Shown here: piece after piece, positions 41,250 through 52,999 of the stretch | Layout: each line of letters starts with the position of its first letter | How positions within the stretch are numbered: the stretch's first letter is position 1 | Assembly (NCBI GenBank): GCA_036785375.1 | Contig: JAWMAR010000167.1 | Location: 4,650,001-4,714,000, forward strand | Reading direction: 5' to 3' | Length of the DNA stretch: 64,000 nt | From: Leucoraja ocellata | Lineage: Eukaryota | Translations under genes and position numbers: made by a program | Notes under the pieces: model-generated | What the model was told of the DNA's origin: nothing | The model's database searches: none | The model's input: only the letters and a program-made list of their open reading frames with translations

Positions 41250-42105
41250 CACATTCTGTGCATGTCATATATGAGGACATCTCGTATACATGGCTGCAAA
41301 TGTGTTCCAAGCACATCAACCACAATTGTGCTATGGCGTAGGCTCATCAAAAGAACAAAGTGGTAGTGATTGAATACTGCATTTACTGCTTTACAAAGGC
41401 TTAATATGATTGTGGGTCAATAAAACTCCATGACTGGGTGTTAATATGATAAGTGGGATATTATGATTCCAATGTGGATATCATATTCTTAATTTGCCAT
41501 TGATTTCATCGCTTGAGCAGTCTCAGGCTGCGATCATGTACTGAAGAACAAGAGCTTCCTGAAAACAATATTTTAGGAAGTGGGTTTCAGAGAGAGGAAG
41601 CAAAACTGTACAAGCAGTGCACTGAGCTGGCCCAGAAACCCTGGGCCTGGCGCAGCCTCTTGCAGGAGTTCCTGACAATTAGAACAGACAAGAGAACAAG
41701 AATAACATGGTCTGGTATGGGTTCAGAAACAGCCACCTCTGTGAAAAGGGTTTACCAGCTAACCTGAATTTATCAAAGACTAGTCTGAAGAAGGATCCAG
41801 AGCCGAAACGTCACCTGTTCCTTTTCTTCAGAGATGCTGCCTGACCCGCTGAGTTACTCCAGCATTTTGTGCCTATCCTTTGGTGTAAACCGGCATCTGC
41901 AGTTCCTTCTTACACATGATTCAACCCATACCATGTTGCCTGATCACTAATCAGCTGGTGTGGGCAATGTGGTAGACACAAAATGCTGGAGTAACTCATC
42001 GGGACAGGCACTCTCTGGAGAGGGGGAATGGGTGATGTTTGGGTCGAGACCCTTCTTCAGACTGAGGTGTGGGCAATAGGTTGGACCATCATAGAGTGTG
42101 CCATC

Positions 42106-42601
42106 TATACTGCCATCGGAGAATGTGTCCTCACCTTCTCCATCGTGGTCTGGTTGGCTCGGACACCAAGCATGCAATCCGGAGTCTGCAGCGCATCGTT
42201 CGATCAGCTGAGAAGGTTGTTGGCTGCAACCATCCCCCCATCAACGAACTGTACACTGCAAGGGCCAGGAAGCGAGCGGGTAAGATCATCTCTCACCCTG
42301 GCCACAAACTCCTTGAATCATTTCCCTCTGGAAGGCGACTCCGGACTGTCTACACCACCACAGCCAGACATAAAAACAACTTTTCTCCACAGGCAGTAGC
42401 TCTACTCAACAGGCAAACGGCTGCAGCCTCCTTGTGCTCTGGTATTTTATTCCATTCTTCACATGTTTCAATTATAATGTTTTATTTTTAATTGCCTACT
42501 GTATGCCATGTGTCACGTTGTTACTTGCGAGCGGAGCACCAAGGCAAATTCCTTGTATGTGTACATACTTGGCTAATAAAATTTATTCAATTCAATTCAA
42601 T
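42106..42601 (+). mobile_element. Rex1/Babar-type LINE 3' end
   Basis: LQRIVRSAEKVVG...HPGHKLLESFPSGRRLR...NNFSPQAVALLN with an (attca)n tail. Confidence 0.8.
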
Positions 42602-44994
42602 TATTCAATCTACACATCTGGGGCGACTCCTCACTGCAGGTCGCTGGAGATTTTTGTCTGCTTTGCGACTTTGCCTCGGGGTACTTGGCTCAATCAACAA
42701 TGATTGTGTGCGCATAATTGTGCAGGATGGGGAGAGGGTGTGGTAAGGCGAGGCTAATGACACACATTCTTTCTTCACACACCCTGGGGCAGCCTTTGCT
42801 CAGTTGCTGCAACTTCCCTTTCGCGTTATGACATGCTCCCCATGTCCCTAATGGAAAATACAGTGTAGTTGTCTCTGCGATCCAAGTGGCAATGGGGAAT
42901 TATACAAGTCAAGTCAAGTTTATTTGTCACATACACATACACATGCAGGTGCATATACCGAGCATGTTGTATCATGCCAACAAAAGGCGCAGGCTGGTGA
43001 ATTTTCCAAAGGACATTTTTGGAGCTGGGATTAGGTTACTTTGAAGTAATGAGACAAAGTGTACTGGGTGTGTTAACTGTGAACAGGGATGTCGAGAGAA
43101 CGATAACTTCTCCACAAAAAAAACATTCGATATTTGCCACCGTTAGCTCTCTCCATCCCCATCTAAACGTCCCCAGCATGATGCAAAGTGAACAACCAGA
43201 CCAGATTGCAGAAGGTTAAATAGGGAAAAACAACCTTCACTTGCAAACAATTTGTGAATGGACTCCAATTTCTAGTCACAGATGTTTTGTTTTGATGATG
43301 GGCCTAGGCTGCAAAGTGAAGTCAGTCCCAAGCTCAGCCAATGAATGATAAACTTCAAGGTGCTTTAGGTTGTTGATGTTAGAGATAGCATGGTGACATC
43401 ATGCATGGTACTTTTTGAAAAAAGATGAACATTCAATAATTTTTGAGAAAAATAGTGGCAAACTTATTTTTTCAAATTTTAAATCAGTTTCAGCCACATT
43501 AATTCAGTAGGTTTTATTTCTGTAACATTAGGAACGGATTGTTCTGGTTACAGACTCACTCCTGAGTAAAGATCTGGGACATGACCTAAAGATAGCCACA
43601 GAGTGCTGGAGTAACTCAGTGGGTGAAGCAGCATCTCTGGAGAACAAGAATAGGTGACCTTTCCGTCGGAAACTAGTACACAAAGTTCCTGTTTATTACA
43701 GAGACATCAACTATCTGCAAGGAATATCACATGTAAGTATTTCCTTTGCATTAATATTTCAAGGAAGCATATTATCACTAAATGCATGTCTGTTAAGAAA
43801 TTCAGCATACTCGTATTTGCCAAAGTTTGGGGGTTTTTTTTAAGCAGTTGATTTATGCTTGTATCATTATGTTAAGGAATGCAGAATTTACAATTTCGCA
43901 GCAGTTGTGCAGGTGAGTGATTTTCCCACCTCAGGATTAAAGTACACAGGAGATTCTGCTGCATTTTTGGCGCATTTGGATTTACTTCCAACCATATTTA
44001 CAGCAGCCGCTACAGGCGACTTCATCATTGATTAAGTAAAATGCAGCATAAGGGTGTTGATTAGACATGGCCATTCCTTCCACGGACGCTGCCTGACCCA
44101 CTGAGTTCCTCCACCACTTTTGTGTTTTGCAGAAGAAAATTGCAAACCTGTGGTTTAACACAGACGTGTTTTTCTACATAGCTCGAAAACGACTAAGCTA
44201 AATCCAACCCTGTTGTGCAACTTCAACTCTTTTGGAACGAGTTTTCCCTGGAGTTGGTTCAACTGTTCACCCGCTTCTTTATTTAAATCAAGAGTGGCCT
44301 TGTGATGGCCTCCGCTTTATCTACATCAAATAATCCTGGAAACTGGAGCATTCCGACCTGGAAAATGTCCAAGATCATCGGCCGTCAACTCTTATTCACA
44401 GCGGTTGTTTTCGCTTAATGTAATGGAGCAGCTGGGGTTAGGTTACGTGTAAACCATGAGACAAAGAGTGCTGGCTGTGTGGACAGGGATGACTTAGCTC
44501 GATAGGAAGAAGAGGACGATAACTTCCCCACACACTTAAAAAAAAAACCTTAGACACACACGCACCTGTTCGCCATCTCCGTCCCCAGCTCAAACTCCCC
44601 AGCAGAATGCTAGTGAACCAGACCACATTACGGAATATATCTGACCGTTGTTTTTGCACAGGGTGCAACGATTCTCTCCATATGTGATAAAAAAGTATCA
44701 TGCTAGTTTCCAGCTCTTGCCTTGCGGGTGTTTTAACCTGCATCTGCAGTTCTTTCTTACACATGGAAGGCATTACAAATGGGACACTTGATGGGGGGTG
44801 GGGTTCCAGGTTAAATCTTTAGCCAGGATTCTTGCCTGCAGTTTCTTCAGTTGAGATCAGTTCTCGAGGATGTGACAGACTCTGGCGTTTCACGGACAAA
44901 CAACGCCCAAGGGAAAGCAGAAAGTGAAAGTACTGATCTTTTTTTAAAACAAAGTCGCTTTACTGAAGTTACAAAGTAACGGAACGAAACTTAC

Positions 44995-45060
44995 CATATA
45001 AATGTCAATAAATCTCGCACCTCAAACAGTCGCAGCTTCTGTCAACAAGAATTTTTTTTT
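44995..45060 (-). other. Probable first exon of the ELOVL-like gene, ending in ATG; upstream boundary approximate
   Basis: Consensus donor ATG|GTAAGT at 44995/44994. The ATG (44997-44995) splices in frame onto TAT CTT GCC ATG of the 30143 exon. It lies directly next to a promoter-motif cluster. Confidence 0.5.
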
Positions 45061-45125
45061 TCCGGAACAAACTCTTTGCAAGCCGTGACGTTTGGCGGTG
45101 TATCGAGGCGTGGACCAATCAGTGA
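45060..45125. promoter_or_regulatory. Candidate promoter: ETS (CCGGAA), CRE-like (TGACGT), GC box (GGCGTGG) and NF-Y CCAAT box (GACCAATCAG)
   Basis: Motifs at 45062-67, 45086-91, 45107-13 and 45115-19 within about 60 bp. Locally CpG-enriched, non-repetitive, and immediately 5' of the minus-strand donor at 44994. Confidence 0.5.
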
Positions 45126-45399
45126 TGTAAAATGGAATGAAACTTGCACAGGGCGCCAGAATATCCCTGATCGAAAGGAGGGGAGGAATCAAACTTCACA
45201 TTTATTGTACATTACAATAAAAAAAAAAATTAATTGCATCTGATTTTGTTATTCATAGTCAGCGACCGATGCCTCCACCGTGTTACTGCAAAAAACTGGT
45301 GTCTGCTGGCTCTGTTCTCAAGCTGATAGGGACCATCATACACAGAGCCACAGTTTGCCCCATCTGGTGTCGTTCTACAGACAACTACTTAAGATGGCA

Positions 45400-45840
45400 A
45401 AATGGCACAAAGTACTGGAATAACTTGTTCAAGAAGGAACTGCAGATGCTGGAAAATCGAAGGTACACAAAAATGCTGGAGAAACTCAGCGGGTGCAGCA
45501 GCATCTATTCCTTCGCTCCATAGATGCTGCTGCACCCGCTGAGTTTCTCCAGCACTTTTGTGTACCTACTGGAATAACTTAGCAGGTCAGGCAGCATCTC
45601 TGGAGAACACGGACAGGTGAAGAAGGGTCCTGACCCGAAACATCACCTCTTCATGTTCTCCAGAGTTGCTGCCTGACTTGCTAAGTTACTGCTGGTTAAT
45701 ACACAAACATCACATCAGTCTGAAGAAGGGTCTCGACCTGAAACGTTGCCTTATTCCATAGATGCTGCATCACCCGCTGAGTTTCTCCAGCATTTTTGTC
45801 TACCTTCTGCTAAGTTACTCCAGTACTTAGTATCCTTTTG
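45400..45840. mobile_element. Nested pLTR cluster: an old fold-back carrying two younger insertions
   Basis: Insert 45427-45566 has TSD tactggaataactt (14 bp); insert 45691-45807 has TSD tgctaagttact (12 bp). Confidence 0.75.
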
Positions 45841-48800
45841 CAAGGTTAAGTAGTTATCTGCAGAACAACACAAGATAGTGCAAACTAGGTTCTATGATGG
45901 TCTCATCAGCTTGAAATCAGTGAGTGCCTGATTTGTGGAATTAATTGCCACAGACGGCTGTGGAGGCTGTCAATGGATATTTTAAAGGCGGAGATTGACA
46001 TATTCTTGATTAATACGGGTGTCGGGGGTTATGGGGAGAAGTCAGGAGAATTGGGATGAGAGGGAAAGATAGATCAGCCATTATTGAACGATGGAGTAGA
46101 CTTGATGGGCCAAATTCTGCTTCTAGAATTTATGGCCTGCTGAGTTACTCCAGCACGTTGTATCGTTTTGTGTATTAACCAGCATCTGCAGTTCTGTGTT
46201 TCTACTTATCCTGGCAAATGGTTTGTAATTTTGGGATGGAACACTTTCTCTTAAGCTTGTTGATGTCCTTGATTAACAACATTAATGACACATTCCTGAT
46301 CGGTCCTGGCATGGTGAGGCAATTGTGGCAACACCTTGTTTGATCTGGAATCTGTCGAATAAGGAACGTACGTGTGTGCCTTCCCTAAAGGGCAACTTGA
46401 CAGCACATGAATGTTTGCAGTTTTGTAGGTTAATCATTATTGTTGCTGAGGCTGCCTTTTATTCTTGTTAAATTCTGGATTTAGTTAACTACACGAATGC
46501 GATTTCTCCAACTCATGAATCTGCCCCGACTTGTCAACCCAGAAACAGGCACGAAATCATCGCATCTTCCAGTAATGTTAAACAACATCTTAGGCACAGG
46601 CAGGCATTTTAACAAACTTTTAAGTGCAAGTTGAGTCAAGTCAAGTTTATTATCATTGTTATGGTGTAGGAAAGCAGCTGTTCCTAAAACTGGTACTACA
46701 TGACTTCTGTGATCCCTGCTGATGGTAGCAGTGAGATGAAGGCATGTCCTGGATGGTGAGAATCCTTGATGATGGATGGCGCCTTCTTGAGCCAACAGCT
46801 CACATAGATGCTGTCGATGGAGGGGAGGGAAGTGCTTGTGAGACATTAACGGCGCTTGGCTTTAAGTATAATGTATTTAGTGATTAGTTGAGGTAAGTGG
46901 TGTGGCCTCTGTTTCCCAAATTCCCAATTTCCTGAACCTTCCCCAGGATCTCAAAGACTTGTGAGTTAGTAAGTTAATGTAGGTGAGTGTAAAAACTGGG
47001 GACAGTGGATAGGAATGAGGAGAGAATAAAATGGATTAGTGTCGGAGGGTGCTAATGGTCAAATCTACCAATCACCCATATACCCACAAACTGGCCCTTT
47101 AGACCATAAAGTGCCCCATTTGCAATGCCTTCCATGTGTAAGAAAGAACTGCAGATGCTGGTTAAAATGTAAGGTACACACAAAATGCTGGAGTAACAGC
47201 GGGATAGGCAGACATGGCTGATGTTTCGGGTCAGTCTGAAGAAGGGTCTCGACCAGAAACATCGCCCATTCCTTCTCTCCCGAGATGCTGCCTGTCCCGC
47301 TGAGTTACTCCAGCGTTTTATGTCTACCTGCAATGCCTTTCACTTGCATACCAGTGGTGATTTAATGGTGGTCAATCCAACTGAATTGAGTCCCACAGCA
47401 AAGAAGCAGGCCCTTCGGCCCAACATGTCCATGCCAACCTAGACACCTTATCTATGCTCATCCTACCTGCCTGCATTTGGCCCATATCCCTCTACACCTT
47501 TGTGACCCTTGTATCTGTACCATATACCTGAAGGTTTTTGAGATGTGTGAGAAAGCTCCCATTCAGTCACAGGGAGAAAAGCACAGTACAGCACAGGGAC
47601 AGGCACTTTGGCCCACAATGTCTGCGCCGAACATGATACTAAGTTAAATTAATCTCCACTGCCTGTGCGTGATCCATATCCAGCCATTCCCTGCATATCC
47701 ATGTTCCTGTCCAAAAGCCGCTATTATATCTGCTTCCATCACCAGCCCTGACAGCTGCTTCAGGCACCCACTAGTTTCAGTGTAAAAACCTGCCTCGGCA
47801 CATCTCCTTTAAACCTTCCCCTCTCTTCTCCTTCTTTGCGTTTGAGGCAGCAGAAGCTGCAGCAGGGTGATGCCATCCGGTTCGACATTCGTAGGTGCCC
47901 GCCCTAAAATGGGCGCACACTCCAGGTTGGCACCAAGCTGCGGCACTGCTGCTGTCTCTGTTTGTTGTCGCTCACCTGACCGGGGTCTGTCGACAAGGCT
48001 CACCACGGGTAGGTCGACAACATGAGCCCCTTCCCCTTAAAGCTAATAAAATTTGCAAACTTAGCACAAACAGCACCCAAGATCAGCACTGAGTCCCAGC
48101 TACTCAGCGCTACATCGTGCCACTGTGGCACTCAAATCGTTCCAGGCAAATTGATTAGTCTTGTTTTATAACTGATAACAGAGGGCAATTCCAGGCATCA
48201 GATTATCAGACACAATGCTCAGGGCCAAATGGCTGGTTTCCAATAATTGCCTGAAAAGCAAGTGGTGGCAAGATACTCCTGCACACAGAATCTGCGTTCC
48301 ACACCCTCCCCTCTGGCTTGGAACGCACTACCACAGAAGGTGGTGGAAGCAGATGGGATAGTTGCGATTACGAGGCTTTCGGTTAGGCACATGGTTGTGC
48401 AGGAAATAGAGGAATGTGGACCGTTGTGGGTCAACGGACCTATTTCTGTGCTGATCTCGTCTATGTTCTCGATCTGCTCATTATGGAGCTAGCAATTAGT
48501 GATAACATTCAAATAAAGAGAGGCACAAGAGTCTGCGGATCTTGAGCAGAAAACAAACTGCTGGAGGGAACAGTGAGGGGAAATGACCTGATGAATTTTC
48601 AGGTGGGGAGCCTTCCTCAGATATATGGAGGAGGTGTGAGCGGGCTCGTCTATGTAGAACAAAGGATAAAGAGGGAATATTGTTGTGAGTGGGGATAAAG
48701 GGAGTGTAGGTACTTCTGGTAGCCCCTGCTTTCTCTCTCCATCCCCTCCCCCTTCCCAGTTCTACTAGTCCTACTGTCTCCGCCCACATTCTTTCTTTGT

Positions 48801-49689
48801 CCCCACCCCCTCCCCTGACCAGTCCGAAGCAAAGATCCTATAGGATCTTTGGTCCGAAGAAGTGTCTCGACCCGAAACGTCGGCAATTCCTTCTCTCCAT
48901 AGATGCTGCCCACCTCACCTCACCCGCTGAGTTACTCCAGCATTTTGTGTCTACCATAGGTACCTTAGAGCCAAGCCAGGCAGAACCTGAACTGGGAGGT
49001 TTGTAAGTGAAGCTGGAAGCTAAGCAGGAGAAGATGGCAGTGAAGGCAAGTGCTGAGGAATCACACATTGGTTGTGGCTAGCAAGTCGTGGTTCAAAAAT
49101 GGTGAAAGAGAATTAGCAGGAAACGTATGTGATGGGGGGAGGGGGGGTTGGACACTGGGGGTGAGATCACAAGATACAGAACTACAAGCTAAATTCTTCT
49201 GCAAAGTCCGGAACAATCGATGCAAACTGAAAGAAGGCTGTTTACATTAAATGGTGAGCGTGTGTGAGGGTGTCTTTCACTGACTGTATTCGAGGAGGAG
49301 GCGTTGAAAGAGCTTTTTCTTGGCAGAGTGAGATTCAGTGTAACAACAATGACATATTATCGTCTAGAAACCTGAAAAAAACAGTTCAACCACGGAAGGA
49401 TTCCAACAGGCCTTTTCAAGGAAACTCAGTTTTGTTTGTGCTCTCTGAGCCAGAGTGGGAGCAAATAACTTTCCTCTATAACTGCAATCAAATCTTTAAA
49501 TATTGCCCATAGTAAGAAAAGCAGATATTCAAAGCTGTGGGCGAGAGCAAGTACAATGCTTTTCTAGCGTGACGTCCCTCCCCAGCCCAACATGGGTCTT
49601 CTTTGGCAACAGAGTTCTATTGTGAAACAAGGCAACGACACACCCCTAACATTTCCTGCTTATAGTTGGCAAGTATCCAGAATTTCAAC

Positions 49690-50027
49690 ATGCCGATGGA
49701 CACAAAATGCTGGAGTAACTCAGCGGGGCAGGCAACACATCTCTGGAGAGAAGGAATGAGTGACGTTTAGGGTCGAGATCCTTCTTCGGACTGAGAGTCA
49801 GGGAAGAGGAAGACTAGAGATATGGAAGGTTATGAAAGCATAGATCAAAGGAAATGGAGAAAGGTTAGTTATACCACTGTGCTGCAAGCTGCTCAAGTGA
49901 AATACGAGGTGCTGCTCCTCCTATTTGAGTTGGGTCTCATTCTGACAGTGGAGGAGGCTCAAGATGGAAAGGTCAGTATGGAAATGTGAGGGGGAGTTAA
50001 AAGTGTTTAGCAACCGGGAGATCAACA
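49690..50027 (-). mobile_element. Penelope-like element 3' end: GIY-YIG C-terminus plus pseudo-LTR with hammerhead-like core
   Basis: Minus-strand degenerate translation PVAKH(F)NSPSH..DLSILSLLHCQNE..K*EEQHLVFHLSSLQ, followed by the agatgctgcc...gagttactccagc repeat. Confidence 0.75.
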
Positions 50028-50470
50028 TGTTGGGCTCGCTCCTAACCAACTCCCAGATGGAGATTATTCCATTTTAGTTTTAATCCTTAATCAAAGTTGG
50101 CTCCCTCTTTAGCAGACTATTTCAAGCAGCATTTTATCGCACCCTGTTAGGAAAGCCCAGTCACAATACTAGGGATTAAAACTCACACCGACAATGTACT
50201 TATCCTGCTTTCAAGTCCTGCACAGCACCAAAGTCTGGCAGCAATTAAGGTAATGCTGACTACAACATTTCCAAATAAAGACCAGCTAATTAGAATCAGT
50301 TCCCACAATGACACCAGGACTTGGTTTACATCCTCAGGCTTTCAGAATGTGCACTCGCCTGCAACAGATGAGATGAAGACATTTATTTTATTACCTTCCT
50401 GACAGACCACAGCTCTGGTTCCATTTTCATATTCCCATTCATTCACCGGTTCAGCTTCCACCTGCTCTAT

Positions 50471-50981
50471 TAGGGTCGCCAACTGTCCCGTATTAGCCTG
50501 GACATCCCGTATATTGGGCTAAATTGGTTTGTCCCGTACGGGACTGCCTTTGTCCCGTATTTGACTACTACTACTCGGGACGAGGGGACTGTCGGGTCGG
50601 AGCGCCGCATCCGGCCCCGCCTCACCCATCCCAATGTAGTGCAGCCCATGGAGTGCAGCAGCAGCACCTCGCCCGTGGCCCCATCGATTGGCAGCCCGGC
50701 CAGATGTCTGACCTTCGACCGTAGATACCACCGCCCCTCCTTCTCATGGCCTATCATCGGTTCATGAGTAGGATGGGGTGCTGGATTTTGTGCGCGACGT
50801 CACGCCCGGGCCAAAACTCCTCAGCTGGCCCGCCGGCTGGGCTTTGTGTGCAGTCCAGCACCTGGGCCAACTCATCATTCACCCAGTCACGGCCGAGTCA
50901 GTCAACGAATTGCCGTGGGGAATTTGCCCCGTATTTTGACCTGTTGTCCCTTATTTGAGAGTGAGAAAGTTGGCGACCCTA
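50471..50981. mobile_element. Non-autonomous DNA transposon, hAT-like
   Basis: Perfect 14-bp TIR TAGGGTCGCCAACT / AGTTGGCGACCCTA, subterminal gtcccg repeats and a CpG-rich body; a clean 8-bp TSD is not visible. Confidence 0.7.
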
Positions 50982-51777
50982 CCCAACGCTCTATCCCCGT
51001 GTGTGTCTCCACACAACTGAAATTTCTCCACCTGGGGAATTTGATGCCATTGGATGCAATGAAGGTTGAGTCACTGAATATATCCAGGCCAGTGATTGAT
51101 AAGATTTTTTTTTAAATTAAGGCAATTACGCGTAGATCAGTGTATGGAACTGTGATGTTGTGGCCATTACAGAGACTTGGTTGCAAGAGGGGCAGGACTG
51201 GCTGCTGAGAGTCCAGCGGTCTCACATCACCAGAAACCAGAGTTATATCTCACCGTTGGTGCTGTCTGTGTGGAGTTTGCTCTTTTACTCTGTGACCACG
51301 TAGGTTTGCTCCCGCATCCCAAAGACTTTTGGGTTTGTAGGTTAATTGGCCTCTGTAAATTGCCCCTATTGGGTTTAATAGTGAGATAACAGAGAATTAG
51401 TGTGAACAGGCGATCGATGGTGTGAAGCCAGGTGGCAAAAGGCCGGTTTCCACTCTGTAAAAAATTGTTCTATGGTGTTGATGTTTCATATGTGATAGAG
51501 GGGTAAAAGTCAGAACAGTTGCATTACTAAACAGGGAGCGTGTCATGGTGGCACTCAGAGAGGATATACTGGAGGGTCATCCACAGGCAATATGGGCAGA
51601 GTTTCATATATTAAGAAAGGCACAATCACTCTGGTGGGATTATATTATAGGCTACCTTATCACCAACAGAAGAGTGCAAGAGTCTTAGACGGGGTAAAAC
51701 AAGTTAGACGCATCTTTAAATAGCATGTGGATAAGTCAAAGAGAGACCATGCTGGATCTTATATTGGGAGATCCTCA

Positions 51778-52110
51778 GCACGGTGGCGCAGCGGTAGAGT
51801 TGGCGCCTTACAGAGCTTGCAGCGCCAGAGATCCAGGATCGATCCCGACTGCAGGCGCTGTTGTACGGAGCTTGTAATATTCTACCCGTGGCCGCGTGGG
51901 TTTTCTTCGAGATCTGCTGTTTCCTCCCACACACCAAAGACGTGCAGGTATGGACGTTAATGGTTAATTGGCTTGGTGTGTGTAAATTGTCCCTAGTGTG
52001 TGTGTGTGTGTAGGACAGTGTTAATGTGCGAGGTTCGCTGGTGGGTGCGGACTCAGTGGGCTGAAGGGCCTATTTCCTCGCTGTATTTCTAAACTAAACT
52101 AAAAATAAAC
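51778..52110 (+). mobile_element. HE1-type SINE, full length
   Basis: gcacggtggcgcagcggtagag head through to the (ctaaa)n tail. Confidence 0.85.
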
Positions 52111-52509
52111 CTGGCCAGGTGTTAAACCTGAAAAGCCTGGGAGAACATTTTGGGAACAAGATCACATCTCCTTAAGGTTTAATGTGATTATGAATAAAGA
52201 TGAGTCTGGAGCAAGCAAAATACAATTTTACAAGACATGAGCTAACGAGAGTAAATTAAGAGCAGCTGTTATTTATTAAGTCCACATCTGACATGTGGGA
52301 GTCATTTCAAGACCAAGCGATCAGATCAGGACAAACATGTTCCAGTTAGGCTGGCGAGATAAGGAAACATTAGATAACATCAGATGTTTTACATTTTTTG
52401 CAGAAAAGGAAGCATCTGTAAGGTTGTGGAAGATGAAATCAAACAAGGCTTTGAGGAACAGGAACATAAAGCAGGAATGAACTCAAGCTAGGATGAGTGA
52501 TCACATGAA

Positions 52510-52972
52510 GGATTAGAAGATTTAGAGAGGATGCAGAAGAAATTTACCAGGACACTGCCTGGATTAGACAGTATTAGATCTCAGGAAATATTGGACAAAC
52601 TTGGATTGTTTTCTCGTAGCATCAGAGATATGGAAGACCCAAGAGAAAATTATGAGGCGTAGAAAGGCTTGCATCTTTTTCCCTAGAAAAAAATGCAAAA
52701 TATTACAGGAAATAGTTTAAATGTGAGAGGGGGCAAGTGCAAAGATGTGTGGAGCTTTTTTTACACAGAGAGTGGTAGGAGCCTGAAACACACAGGGATA
52801 ATGGTGGAAGCAGATATAATAGTGTCGTTTAACAGGATTTCAGAGAGACATGTGAATCTGCAGGGATTTGAGGGACAATGATTCTGTGCCAGTAGAAGGG
52901 ATTAGTTTAATTAGGCATAATGTTTGGCACGGATACCGTGAGCTGATGGGTCTGTTCCTGTGCTGTACTGTC
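52510..52972 (+). mobile_element. CR1 LINE 3' fragment, degraded
   Basis: LERMQKKFTR and LDKLGLFS motifs plus the CR1 tail. Confidence 0.65.
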
Positions 52973-52999
52973 CTTTGTTTAATATTGGGCTTGTGTAGG

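Noticed and set aside
45400-45840. CRISPR-like or attC-like repeat array
   Set aside because: Eukaryotic context, irregular spacing and no cas or integrase gene; explained by nested pLTR insertions.
9000-49000. Recurrent peptides SRDAACPAELLQ and GAVCTEFVRSPRD in many ORFs
   Set aside because: Read-through of pLTR and SINE repeats; not proteins.
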